NCBI GenBank assembly: GCA_025594325.1
Contig: JANHCV010000006.1
Span: forward strand, 248,001 to 312,000
Reading direction: 5' to 3'
DNA from: Blastocladiella emersonii ATCC 22665
Lineage: Eukaryota > Fungi > Blastocladiomycota
DNA length: 64,000 nucleotides
The notes below the pieces were generated by a model. The model did not search any database. It was given only the letters and a program-made list of their open reading frames with translations, and was not told the DNA's origin. This document shows positions 1-11,840 of the stretch, in pieces (within the stretch, counting starts at the first letter, position 1; the number at the start of each line of letters is the position of its first letter). Position numbers and translations under genes: made by a program.

Positions 1-180
1 TCAACCCCTCCATCAAGGGCGGCCTCATCGTCGAGGTCGGCGACGAGACCATCGACATGTCCGTCTCCTCCAAGCTCGCCAAGATCGAGAAGTCCCTTGC
101 TGGTACGCTACCTCGAGCAGCTCCTCGCTCTCGAACATGTCTTCTCACACCCCGTGCGCGTCCCCGTAGAGTCGGTCTAA
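1..180 (+). CDS. ATP5: ATP synthase OSCP/subunit 5, 3' end only (gene starts before the window)
   Basis: The frame from nt 3 reads NPSIKGGLIVEVGDETIDMSVSSKLAKIEKSLA, matching the OSCP C-terminus. An intron 103-169 (GTACGC..GTAG) is followed by E-S-V-stop, with TAA at 178-180. Confidence 0.88.
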   Translation, partial: STPPSRAASSSRSATRPSTCPSPPSSPRSRSPLLVRYLEQLLALEHVFSHPVRVPVESV

Positions 181-556
181 AGCGCTCATTGCAAGTTTCT
201 CGTCCTCTCCCCCCTCGTTTCTCTTCATTGGACCTACCCCCCTACCCCACCCTCCCCCTCCTCCGGTTTGAATACAAAGGACCCTCCCCGCATCTCTCGG
301 AATACATGCCACGAGCGCGAGTGCCGCCGTCATCGCCGCCCGCCGTGTCGAATGTTGGAACTCTTCTCCCATGTCTCCCGCGTGGCCGTCGAGCAAAGCC
401 ACCGTCATGCACGGTGGACCGTGGCAATCTGATTGTGTCCCACGTCGACCTCGCCGCCCCTCCCCCCCTGCGCGTCGTCTGATTACTCGATAGAAACCTC
501 GCGCTGCACGCGCACCCTCCGACTTTGCGCAACTTGCGAATGGCATTGACACCACC

Positions 557-1822
557 ATGAATCTTGCGCCTGCGTCGTCGTCCTCCTCCATGATGGACGC
601 CCTTGCTTCCGCCGCTGCCGCTGCCGCAGACCCCGCGGCGTCGCCGCTCCCGCGCGACGTGATGCAGAACCTGACGGAAGCCAACGTCGCCATCGCCGCG
701 TCGCTGCTCCTGCTCAACGGTACAGTGTGGCTCAGCCGGCGGCGCCGCCTAGTGATCCGAGCCTAACCCCCGACCCGACCCCATCTCGGCAACCGCGTGC
801 CCCGTTAGTCATCCTGTCCCTCGTGTTCCAGCTAGGCCTCGAGTCGAGCATCCTGATCTCGGCGCTGCGGTGCTACGTGCAGCTGACGCTCATGGGCCGC
901 GTCCTCGAGCCCGTGTTCCAGCACGGCGAGGACCCCGTGGTCGTGTTCTCGATGACGGCGGCGCTCGTGGTGCTGGGCTCGGGCGAGGCCTTCTCCAAGA
1001 CCAAGTACTCGTTCCCGCACATGCACTGGATCGTGCTCTTCAGCATGCTGGTCGCCGGGTCCGTGACCATGGGCGTCGGCATGACGCTCGCGATCGGCGC
1101 GAAACCGTGGTACACGGCGCAGGTGTTTGTGCCGACGTGTGGGATGATCCTCGGCAACAGCATCTCGGGCATCGCGCTCGGGATCCGGAGCTGCTTGGTC
1201 GCGTTCAAGGAGCACGCCGAGTTCACCGAGGTCCGGCTCGCGTACGGCGCGTCAAGGTGGGAGGCCGCGCTGCCCGTGGTGCGCGAGAGCTTGAAGACGG
1301 CGCTCCTCCCGCCGCTCAACTCCATGGCCGTCATGGGGCTCATCAGCATCCCCGGCCAGATGACGGGCCAGATCCTCGCGGGCGCGCCGATCGCTGCCGC
1401 GGTCCATTTCCAGCAGATCGTTATGTATATGATCGTGTCTTCGACGGCCATCGGGACGCTCCTCTCGATTGTGGTACGTCGAAGGGGTGGTGGGGAGTGC
1501 CGGGTCGAAGTGACTGACCGCGACCGCGACCGCGACCGCGCCCGCCTCAATTTAGCTCACCACCATGACCGTGATCGACCCGCGCCTGCGCCTGCGCACC
1601 GACCTCGTCTCGCAGGACCCGTTCTGGCTGACGGCCGCCGTGTCCCAAACCCTCGGCGACGCGCGCGCCGCGGTCGCGCGGTGGACCGCGTGCTGCTGGC
1701 GCCGCCGGCGTCGGCGGCAGGTGGAGCCCGAAGTCGAGGAGGACGATGATGAGGACATGCGGATCGAGTCGGCGGAGCGCGCTGAGCGGACACCGCTGAT
1801 CCGCGGAGCGAGGCGCAAGTAG
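557..1822 (+). CDS. UPF0014 family membrane protein (FetB/YbbM/ALS3-STAR2-like ABC permease), 3 exons, 364 aa
   Basis: Exons 557-719, 809-1473 and 1556-1822 join in frame. Family-like motifs include LGLESSILISALRCYVQLTLMG, PTCGMILGNSI, LAYGASRWEA and MAVMGLISIPGQMTGQILAG. Multiple hydrophobic segments are present. Confidence 0.85.
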
Positions 1823-1875
1823 CTTAGGTTTTGATATACATGTATTTAGTGCAGTACACGCCGACGGGTGTTGTG

Positions 1876-3596
1876 TCATGTTGCGATGAGGGACGGGTTC
1901 TTGATCTTCTCGCGCAGGAGCTCGAGCGCGGCTACGGGTGGGAGCGGTGGGTTAGCGGCGAGGAGGGAGGAGGGAGGAGGACAAGCGCGTACCATAAGCG
2001 TCCTCGAAACTGTCGTGGCCCTCGGACGCGTTGTTCTGGATGAACACGTTGAGCAGCTTGGACATGAGGTACTTGAGCGCGAACCGGTTCGGGAAGCCCT
2101 ACACGGTCAAGCGTCAGCATTCGGATCACAGCGGAGCGAGCGAAGAAGCGTACCCGCGGGTGCTTGAAGATGTGCACCGTGTCGGCAATGGTCGGGTGGA
2201 TGATGCGCATGGCCTTGAGGTCGTTCTCGAGCCCGTGGCCGACGAGGATCGTGTCCTGGTCGATGCGGTGGAAGAAGGCGCGGCGCACGTCGGCCAGCGT
2301 CTTGTTCGCGCCGTCGAGCGTTTGGATCCCGCTACACAAACACGTCAGCATCAAACGCAAAGGCGAGAGCCGCGTCAAAGCGTACCTGAACCGCGAGTTG
2401 AGATCAAGCACCTCGCCGGCAGGCTTGACGAGCTCGTCCATGACGAGGTCGCCGTACACGTCGACGGCGGTGAACCGGCACAGCTCGAACCCGTTGGTCG
2501 TGTAGCACATTTCGCAGTCGAGCGCGACCATCTCGAGCCGCTTGCCCGGTCCACCAGGACACGTCTCGGGCGACACGACGAACGGCTCGATCGCGTGCAG
2601 ATGGTTGGTCCGCTCCTCGCGCCACACGTGCACGCCCGGCGTGCACCCGGTACTCGCGCTGTTGGGCCGCGCGCTGCAGCACGTGTACTCGCGCACGCGC
2701 TCGCCGCCCGAGATGACGCCCCGCAGCCGGCCGTGGTGGTACATGCACTCGCCGGCGCGCGGGTGCGCCGTGACGAGGTACTCCTTGCTGCACCGGTCGC
2801 ACTTGCGCTTCGACCCCGGCTCGCGGCCCAGCACCTCGTGCCGCGGGATCAAAGCGTGCGCCGTGTCGTAGGTCGGGAACCCGTACAGGATCACGTCCTC
2901 GTCGCCCATGACCCACTCGAACGCCGCGTCGTACGCGATCGCGCGCGACGAGCGCGGGCCGCGGAGGCGCGCGGACAGGGCGGACTTGTGACGTTTCGCG
3001 GCCAGGTCCGGGTTCAGCGTCGACCCGCGTTTCACGGCGGGCGCGAGCGCGACGGCGTCGGGGAGCGAGGATAGCGACGACGTGGCCGAGCGCGACGCGG
3101 GCCCGCTGCCGGGCAGCGACGTCAGCGACGAGCCCGACGGCGACGAGCTGCCCGAGTCGCTGCTACTGTCGAGCGTGATGACCTGGGCGCCGTCCAGTGG
3201 CACGGGGCTCGACCCGTCCTCCCCCTCCTCCTCCACTTCCAGCAACGCCGCCGCCGTCTCGACATCCGGTGCGCCAAAGTACGCAATCAGGCGGTCCTCG
3301 GGCATCCCAGCGCGCGGCGGCGGGAGCGCCTTGATGACGCGCAGGCGTTTCGCGGCGGCGTTGGTGAACCCCTCGTCGCCGCGGTGCGCCTCGGCGATCT
3401 CGCGCTCGAGCGTGACGGCGAGCGCCGGCGTCAGCTTGTCGACGGCCGCGTAGTTCGCGGCGACCAGCAGCGGCGAAATGTGCACCGCGTACAGCGACGC
3501 GGTCCGCACGCGCTTCTGCGGCGAGATGCCGAGCTTGGCGTCGAACACGACGAGTTTGGAGAGCGCGTCGTAGGAAGTGTAGGGCGGGGGGTTCAT
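1876..3596 (-). CDS. REX3: RNA exonuclease REX3/REXO1-like (DEDDh) with N-terminal Cys/His zinc-binding region, 4 exons
   Basis: Motifs ALDCEMCYT (ExoI), LVGHGLENDL (ExoII) and GHDSFEDA (ExoIII, after splicing) are present, plus CDRC..CMYHHG..YTCC..GC..HV. Introns lie near 2332-2385, 2099-2155 and 1932-1992. Stop TGA is at 1876-1878. Confidence 0.85.
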
Positions 3597-3847
3597 TGGT
3601 GTGGTTGGTTACATGGGCTTCGGTAGGGAGCAGTGGGAGAGAGAGGGGAGCTTGAGACACCCCTGGCTCGGGAGGGACTCACGGCGCGCGCGTCTCTTGA
3701 AATCGGGCAGCGGCCCACGTGACGGCTCCGTTCTCGCTGCAGCTCGGTCGCCCCGTCGCGCGCGGACGGCCGCGGTCGCACTCCCTCTCCTCGCGAGGTG
3801 CTGCTTCTCCAGCTGCTCTGTCAACTCATGCATCTGTGAGCACGGCC

Positions 3848-6800
3848 ATGTCATCGACCCCGTCCTCCTCGACCGGATCGGGCCCCATGGAGTCCGGGTC
3901 CGCGTCGGCGCTCGTCCAGGGCACCTCGTCGGCCGCCAACGTGCCGGGCAGCGCCGCCATGAAGCGCAAGGCCGACCCGGCCCCCGCCCCCGCCGCCGCC
4001 GCGGGCAAGCGCCGGCGCACCGAGGCCACCACGCCGCCGAGCTCGCAGCCGCCGCTTTCGGAGGAGCAGTCCGAGTTCGAGAAGACGCTCGCGGGGCTGC
4101 ACCTGACTCAGACCGAGGCGGTCGGCGTCGATCCGACGCTGTCGTGGCCGCGACCCGCGCTCGACGGACCCTGGGACGCGGCGACGCGCGACCTCGTGTT
4201 CCAGCAGATCGAGGCCGATGAGCACACTGAGGTCGCGCCCGACGGCCTGCCGCAGCTCCTGCAGCAAGTCCCGCAGCTCGTGCCCGTCGCGCGCCAGGTC
4301 GTGTTCCCGACGCTCCGCTTCTACGGCGTCACCGACGAGGGGTATAGTGTTACTTGCCACGTCCACGGGTTCTTCCCGTACATCTACGTCCCTGCCCCCA
4401 ACGCGTTCCATGACGGCATGCGCGGCGAGTTTGTCGCTACCCTCAACGTGCGTGCGCTTGATGGAGCTCACCTCATGCTCGGCCCGGACTAACCAACGCG
4501 ACCCGAATCCCTGTAGCGGCTCCTCCACTCGGACCGCAAGGGCACGCACCCGACCGGCTACGTGCTGGGCGTCGACATCTGCCTCAAGGAGTCGATCATG
4601 CACTTCCACGGCAACCGCAAGATCCCGTTCCTCAAGATCACGCTCGCGCACCCGAAATTCATTGCCGCGCTGCGCCGCCAGTTCGAGAACTCGCTCGTCC
4701 GCATGGACAACCACCCGCACCTCGTCTTCTCCACCTCGCACTTCGAGTCCAACCTGGCCTACCTGCTGCGGTACATGATCGACGCCGACGTCGCCGGCAT
4801 GGGCTGGATGTCGCTCCCCGCCGGCACCTACCGCGTGCGCACCGACCCGCGCCACCGCGAGTCGACGGCCCAGATCGAGGTCGACGTGCTCTTCTCGGAC
4901 GTGGTCGCCCACGAACCCGTCGGCGACTGGGCCCGCATGGCGCCGCTGCGCATCCTCTCGTTCGATATCGAGTGCGCCGGTCGCAAGGGCTGCTTCCCCG
5001 ACCCCAAGATCGACCCCGTCATCCAGATCGCCAACATGGTCACGGTCCAGGGCGAGAAGCAGCCCTTCATCCGCAACGTGTTCGCCCTCAACACGTGCGC
5101 GGCGATCGTCGGGTCCGACGTCCGCTCGTTCCAGTCCGAGGCCGACCTGCTCCAGGCGTGGTCCGACTTTGTCGTGGCGTGCGACCCGGATATCGTCACC
5201 GGGTACAACATCCTCAACTTCGACTTCACGTACCTCCTCGACCGCGCCGACACCCTGCGCGTCGCGCGGTTCCCGTTCATGGGCCGCATCGCCCAGGTCA
5301 AGACCGAGGCCAAGGACTCGCGGTTCTCGAGCCGCGCGTTCGGCACCCGCGACTCCAAGCAGGTCTCGCTCGACGGCCGCGTCGTGCTCGACCTGCTCCA
5401 GCTCATGCAGCGCGAGCACAAGCTGCGGTCCTACTCGCTCAACGCCGTCTCGGCGCACTTTCTGGGCGAGCAGAAGGAGGACGTGCACCACTCGATCATC
5501 ACCGAGCTGCAGAACGGGAACGCCGACACGCGGCGCCGGCTCGCCGTGTACTGCCTCAAGGACGCGTACCTGCCGCAGCGGCTCCTCGACAAGCTCATGT
5601 GCGTCATCAACTACTCGGAGATGGCGCGAGTCACGGGGGTCCCGTTCAACTACCTCCTGACGCGCGGGCAGCAGATCAAGGTCATCTCGCAGCTGTACCG
5701 CAAGGCGAAATCGCACGACCTCGTGATCCCGGCGCTGCGCGTCGGCGAGTCGGCCGCCGTCGACGAGACGTACGAGGGCGCCACCGTCATCGAGCCCGAG
5801 CGCGGGTTCTACGACGTGCCCATCGCCACGCTCGACTTCGCGTCGCTGTACCCGTCCATCATGATGGCCCACAACCTGTGCTACACCACGCTCGTCACCC
5901 GCGACGTCGTCCACGCGCTCGGGCTCGCCAAGGACCGCGACTACACGGTCACGCCGACGGGGGACATGTTCGTCAAGACCGACCAGCGCAAGGGCCTCCT
6001 GCCCGTGATCCTCGAGGACCTGATCGCGGCGCGGAAACGCGCCAAGGCCGAGCTGAAAAAGGAGACGGACCCGTTCAAGCGCGCGGTCCTCGACGGCCGC
6101 CAGCTCGCGCTCAAGATCTCGGCCAACTCCGTGTACGGTTTCACGGGCGCGACCGTCGGCAAGCTGCCGTGCCTGGAGATCTCGTCGTCGGTCACCGGGT
6201 TCGGCCGCGAGATGATCGAGCTGACGAAACGCGTCGTCGAGGAAAAGTACACGGTCACTAACGGGTACCAGGCCGACGCGCACGTCATCTACGGCGACAC
6301 GGACTCGGTCATGGTCAAGTTCGGCGTGCCGGACCTCGACGCCGCCATGAAGCTCGGCCAGGAGGCGGCCGCCTTCGTCACGACGCAGTTCATCCGGCCG
6401 ATCCAGCTCGAGTTCGAGAAGGTGTACTTCCCGTACCTGCTCATCAACAAGAAGCGGTACGCCGGGCTGTACTGGACGCGCACCGACAAGTTCGACAAGA
6501 TGGACACCAAGGGCATCGAGACGGTGCGCCGCGACAACGCGCCGCTCGTCGCGCACGTCATCGACACGAGCCTGCGCATGATCCTCATGGACCGCAACGT
6601 CGACGCGGCCGTCGAGTTCGTGAAACGCACCATCGCCGACCTGCTGCAGAACCGCATCGACCTGTCGCAGCTCGTCATCACCAAGGCCCTGTCCAAGACC
6701 GAGTACGCCGGCAAGCAGGCGCACGTCGAGCTCGCCGACCGCATGCGCAAGCGCGACGCCGGGTCCGCACCCAATATCGGCGACCGCGTCGCCTACGTCA

Positions 6801-7412
6801 TCATCCAGGGCGCCAAGGGATCCGCCGCGTGGGAGAAGGCCGAGGACCCCCTCTTCGTCCTGGAGAATAACCTGCCCATCGATACCAAGTACTACCTCGA
6901 CAACCAGCTCGCCAACCCGCTCATGCGCATCTTTGAGCCGATTCTCGGCGAGAAGACCGAGTCGATTCTGCGTACGTCGTTTTCGTGGGTTGCTCGCGGG
7001 ACGAACGCTCATTGACCTCGTTCGTCACCATCGTGTAGTCAAGGGCGACCACACGCGCACCGTGCACGTGGCCGCGCCGACGGCGGGCAGCGGCCTGATG
7101 CGGTTCGCGGTGCGCACGGCGTCGTGTCTCGGGTGCCGCGCGCCGCTCAAGGGCGCGGCGGGGTCGCGCGCCGTGTGCGACCACTGCCGCACCAAGCTCC
7201 CGCAGCTGTACCAGAAGCAGGTGGCCGCTGTCAACAAGGCCGAGGAGCGGCACGCGCGGCTCTGGACCCAGTGCCAGAACTGCCAGGGATCGCTCCACCT
7301 CGACGTGCTGTGCTCGGCCAACGACTGCCCGATCTTCTACATGCGCAAGAAGGCGCAGAAGGACGCCAAGGACGCGACGGACGCCCTGCAGCGGTTCGAT
7401 TACTCGTGGTAG
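3848..7412 (+). CDS. POL3: DNA polymerase delta catalytic subunit, 3 exons, ~1142 aa
   Basis: Exons 3848-4447, 4517-6971 and 7039-7412. Motifs: [46 protein letters not shown] and YGDTDS. The C-terminal CysA (CLGC..CDHC) and CysB ([14 protein letters not shown]) are diagnostic of Pol delta. Confidence 0.97.
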
Positions 7413-7507
7413 CGGTGGGTGGGCGGGAGATGAGGAGGTCAAATGTAGATCAATTGTGGTATCAATATGCGCGGACAGGTACTGCAATAATACGAGAACA
7501 ACAACAG

Positions 7508-8272
7508 CTAGGCGGTGTACACGAACACCTCCTCGCCAGCGGCGGCCGCCACGTCGCGGTGCGCGACGACCGCGCGGAGCCACTCGTCAAGCATCGCCGC
7601 ATCCACGACCGCGCCCGCCGCGACCTCGTGCAGCTCGCGCGCCGTGTCGGACGCGAGCCCGAACCGCGCCTCGATCCACGCGACCAGGTCCGCGTGCCCG
7701 TACCGCGCCGCGAGCCGCGCGAGCGCCACCGGGTCCGCGACCGCCGCCGCTGTGCGCTCCTCGCACGCCCACTCGAGCACCGCGACGTGGCCGCGCCGGC
7801 ACGCCGCCTGCAGGATGTCGGCGTCCCAGTCGATCTCGCCCGCGAGCAGGCCCGAGCGGCACCACCACGCGACCACCGCAGCGTGCCCGTGGTCGACGGC
7901 GTGACGCACCGCCCACGCCGTGTACTTGAGGTCGAGGTGGGACGTGTCGCGCCACCAGTTGAGCACCGCGACGTGCCCGTTTGCCGACGCCGAGTCCATG
8001 GCGTCCGACGAGTAGACGAGCGGCATCGGCTTGGTCTTGAGGCGTGACGCGCGGAGCCACCATGCGAGCGCTTGCAGGTTGCCCCGCGCCGACGCCGCGT
8101 CCGGCGCGCACCACGGGAGACGCGGGATCACGGCGCGGTACAGCGGCGTGTCGTGGGTGGCGGAGGCGGTGGGAAGGACCGACAGGTACGCGACCAGCGC
8201 GTGCGGCGGCTGCCCCGGCAGCGAAGCGGTGAGGACTAGGGTCGATTCGATCAGCTCGTACGGGAGGTGCAT
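7508..8272 (-). CDS. Ankyrin-repeat-like protein, single exon
   Basis: Repeats AMDSASANGHVAVLNWW, AVRHAVDHGHAAVVAWW, LQAACRRGHVAVLEW and LAARYGHADLVAW. The start is taken as MHLPYELIE (ATG at 8272). Confidence 0.75.
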   Translation of the reverse strand: MHLPYELIESTLVLTASLPGQPPHALVAYLSVLPTASATHDTPLYRAVIPRLPWCAPDAASARGNLQALAWWLRASRLKTKPMPLVYSSDAMDSASANGHVAVLNWWRDTSHLDLKYTAWAVRHAVDHGHAAVVAWWCRSGLLAGEIDWDADILQAACRRGHVAVLEWACEERTAAAVADPVALARLAARYGHADLVAWIEARFGLASDTARELHEVAAGAVVDAAMLDEWLRAVVAHRDVAAAAGEEVFVYTA

Positions 8273-10079
8273 GGTGAGATTCATTGATGGGCGAAAGGAG
8301 AGGGGAGGGGGGGGGGGGAGAAAAGTCGCGGTGGCCGAGCGAGCGAAAAGGGCGAGGTCGGTGAGAGTTGTCTCGCAGCTGGTGGGAGACACTCCCACGC
8401 GTCGCCGATCGGCGCGTCTCGATCAGCGGCCGATCATCACGCGGGAGACACTGTTTTCACCGCACCGGGGACACGCTTCATCAAACTCGAGCAATGAAAA
8501 AAAATCTAAGGGGATCGCAAAGATGTACTAGTTGCGGAAAACCGATGGAGAGCTGGCGGTTCTCGCGTCAGCAATTCGACTTCTTCAGGTCTCGCGAGTT
8601 TGAGTGCGTCGGTTACCGCACGGGCAGGCGTATGTTGCGGTCATGTCGCGCAACAAGTGGTGCAGTGCGAGCAGGCGTTGGGCGCAAGGGAGCACTGCTT
8701 CAATGCATTCTGCGCTGGCCGTAAGCTGAATGCGCTTGACGTGCATGCGGCGTCGAGCTCGCGGACCGCGGATCACTTATCCAAGCGCTACTCCCTCGCC
8801 TCCTCCAAGATGCTCGCGCCTTCGGTGAGCAACATCAAGCGGATATAGATACGAGCGACCATCACGATGTACGTGCAGCATTGCCTCGTCGAGTCAATGA
8901 GTCGGCAAAACTGAAACTTTTTCGCGCGCTCATCTTCATCAACCGCAACGCTGTTGAGTGGCGTCGACTCGGAGAAAGCTCCTCCTTCACACAAAATCTT
9001 ACTTGCGTCAGCTACCCGTGGAATCCGTGCGGCACCCACCCTGCAGCTGGGTCCTATCAAAGTTGTCACGTTTGAAGCCGTGTACCTTGTGCAGAATCCG
9101 GCCACGCTTGTGGGAGAGGACGTACTCCAGCAGGCGGTAGCAGCAGCGGCTAATACGGTCCCACAACTCGGCCCTTCAAAGAGTATGAACGAGAAGGGCG
9201 AGATGCCTACTTTGGCCATGCTTGTCAAAGAGTCAGTGGTCGTGGTCACGGTCGAAACGCCACCAACCGGCCCGAGTGTTCGAGCTCCAGCGCCGCCGGG
9301 TACGTGTGGTCTGTTCAAACTCGTGTCTCTCATGACTAACGTTTCATGCAGCAGCTGTAGTCGCCACTAACCCCCCTCAGCATCAGCTTCCACTATGCCT
9401 TAAGCTGGCAACGGTCTTGATCATGCTGCTCATTACTGTATGGGTTATCCTGTCGCCCGCCATAGCCATGATGTTATCGGTGCACCTGAATTACGTTCAT
9501 TTGGGTATTATTGTCATTTCAATTGCGCTCACGGGCTGCGCATACCACTTTCTTGGGGACGAATGACAATCACTCTTTCACATCTGGAGAAACAATTCGT
9601 TGCCTGCTCGAGTTGCGGACTTGGCTGCACCCTTCCCCGGCTATCTAGTTGCCACGTTATTTAAAGCGGGCGGTAGTCAACATACGAGGAGCTCTCCCCG
9701 AGGAGGGCAGCGAGAAACGCGAAGCGCGACGATCATCACACGTGTGCGGCGGCGCCACGCCTTACCTCTCGCGTCCGCCCCCTGCGGGCCCGCTGCGCGT
9801 TCGAGGTCCGCGCTCCTCCGCTCAAATGTGAAACCCGTCGCATCACCTATCACTTCCATGGCAACAATATGCATTGCGTTCGGCCCGTCAACTTCAACTA
9901 GATCGCGCCGATGCGGGAGCGGCTCGACCCATCCGTGGTCGCTCGGACGGCGGCGTCGCGGAGCGGGCGCAAGTGCAGGAATGCCCAGTAGGATCTACGG
10001 GCAGTACCACATGATAAGCGCACCAATGGCCATTAACGACCACTTCTCGTCGATGTGAATCGTTGATTGCGTTAATTTG

Positions 10080-11840
10080 CTCCAGAGTTCGATGTTGGCT
10101 TCGCGGCACTTTCGTGGGGCCATAGCGCGGATGTTCAGCATGAATGTGCGCACCTTCACGACCGCGGGTTATGTCTCGAATTTCGCGAGAGCTCTACTGG
10201 AGACTTCAGTGCGCTCGGTCGGATCAGCTCGTTCAGTCTTGCTAAACTTGTGCGAGAAGATGCCCGCGGCCGATGTGTGCAGGAACAGGGCGGCCATGGT
10301 CTCGGGGACCTCCATGCAGTTCGCCGACATGTGGTACGCGAGCGAGAGGAGCTTCTTGTGCCCGCGCGAGAAGGCGTCGGGCTCGGCGTCAAAGCGCGGG
10401 TGCAGCGCCTTGTACGCGGCGATGATGGCGGCGTGGTTCTCGATGATGTCGCGCGCGCCTTGGTCGAGTACTTGGTCGCGTAGAACGCGACGATGGACGT
10501 GCCAAAAGACGTGAGGAACCGTGCGTCCATGTTCGAGTGAAAGCTTTCTCGCCAGACGCGGCAATACGAGTTGAGCCACCGACTCGCGACGTTACGACTC
10601 GGCACGAACGTTCCCGGCGGCGTCGTGGACGTCGCAGGGCGTTGTGAAGGTGGTGCACCGTTGCCCGTTGGCGGAGCACCGTCGACGTCCATGTCGGCAG
10701 CCGACGCGGGAGGAGCACTAAGTGAGGAAACCGTTAGTTGGTGTTCATGGCCGCAAGTACTCTCAACTCACGCACCCAGCCTCGAAACTCGCAATGTGCG
10801 ACATGAGCACGAAATTGCGCGGTAACCCGTAGCGGCACACGTTGCTGCCGCCGCCCTTGTCCTTGCTGCGGCATTTCGTGCAGCTGGCAAGATGGTGGTA
10901 GAGGTGCTCCTGGTTGAGGCGGAGCAGCTTGGTCATCTGAATGACGCGCACGTTGTGGATGTTGGACAGCCCGCCCGTTTTCTTAGACAGCATGTTGATG
11001 TACGCGTCGCTGCACAGCTTGCGCTGCACCTCATCAGCGAGGTTGTTGATGGCGATCTTGAGGTAGTGGTCGAGGAGCTGGTCGGACGTGTACGTGTGGA
11101 AGTGCGGCTGCTGCGGAACAGGAGCTTGAGGCTGCTACGACGCGTCGCTGGCCGTAAGCGCGGCGCGCGACTCGTACGCGGCCATGGTGGCAGCGCAGAC
11201 GGCGACGATCGGCGGCGGCACGTCCGTCTTGACGCGGTGGCGGTACTTGGCCGGAATATCGACGGCGACGAGGTGCGAGGCGCACGGCGTGCCGTCAGGA
11301 TGGACGTGATGGCACGGAAAGTCCTTGACGGACGGGTTCTTGGCGATCGGGTAGCTGCCGCTCATCAACCGATCCTGGAACTTGAGGAACTTCTCGCGCC
11401 ACTACGTAATCGAGCAGTGAGTGAGTGATCATGGCCGTGCATAGCGAGGCACGAACACGAGCGTACCGCATCGTTGGTCAGGCACTTCTCCCACTGAGCT
11501 GTTGTGCAAGGAATCCCCACGAGCCACAGCAGCCCGTGCGAGTGCAGCGTATGGCGCGCCTGCGTCTCCTCGGCCATGAAAAAGGCGCGCGTGTAGCCGA
11601 AAACGCCCGGCTTGTCCGTCGCGGCGCCCTTCTTGACGGACCAGCCGAACAGGTGCTCGATCACGAGCGCACGGTTGTGCAGGTACCACCCAGCCTGCAT
11701 GGTCGGGTTCGAGCCCGCCACCTTGGTGAAGTTCGACTGCGGCGGTAGCTGCTCCGGCGACAGGTTGAAGGCGCCCATCATGCGCGCGCCCACGCTGCGG
11801 AACTGCTGCGGGTCGCTGTCCGGGGGCCCCGGTCCGCCGT
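10080..11840 (-). mobile_element. Degenerate Helitron/Helentron Rep (rolling-circle initiator) fragment; no helicase seen
   Basis: Motifs: NPTMQAGWY..GVFGYTRAFFMAEETQARHTLHSHGLLW (HUH motif, ~11535-11600), NQEHLYHHLASCTK..CRYGLP, RWLNSY..NMDARF..FYATKYSTK (catalytic Tyr motif, ~10459-10483) and MEVPETMAALFL..FSHKF. Introns at 11402-11466 and 10718-10775 restore the frame. There is an in-frame TAG at ~11135 and a frameshift after YSTK. Confidence 0.82.

Noticed and set aside
3597-3847. MCB/E2F cell-cycle sites in the POL3 promoter
   Set aside because: There is no exact ACGCGT or TTTSSCGC, only GC-rich CGCG runs expected by chance.
4517-6971. Intein or viral origin for the family-B polymerase
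   Set aside because: The sequence is colinear with cellular Pol delta, has spliceosomal introns and CysA/CysB, and shows no insertion at the conserved motifs.
8530-10080. Possible Pif1 helicase completing the Helitron (HVPGGAGAR, VKRIQLTASA)
   Set aside because: There is no GxGKS/T, DEISM, GDxxQLPPV or HKSQG; the resemblances are only a few residues long.
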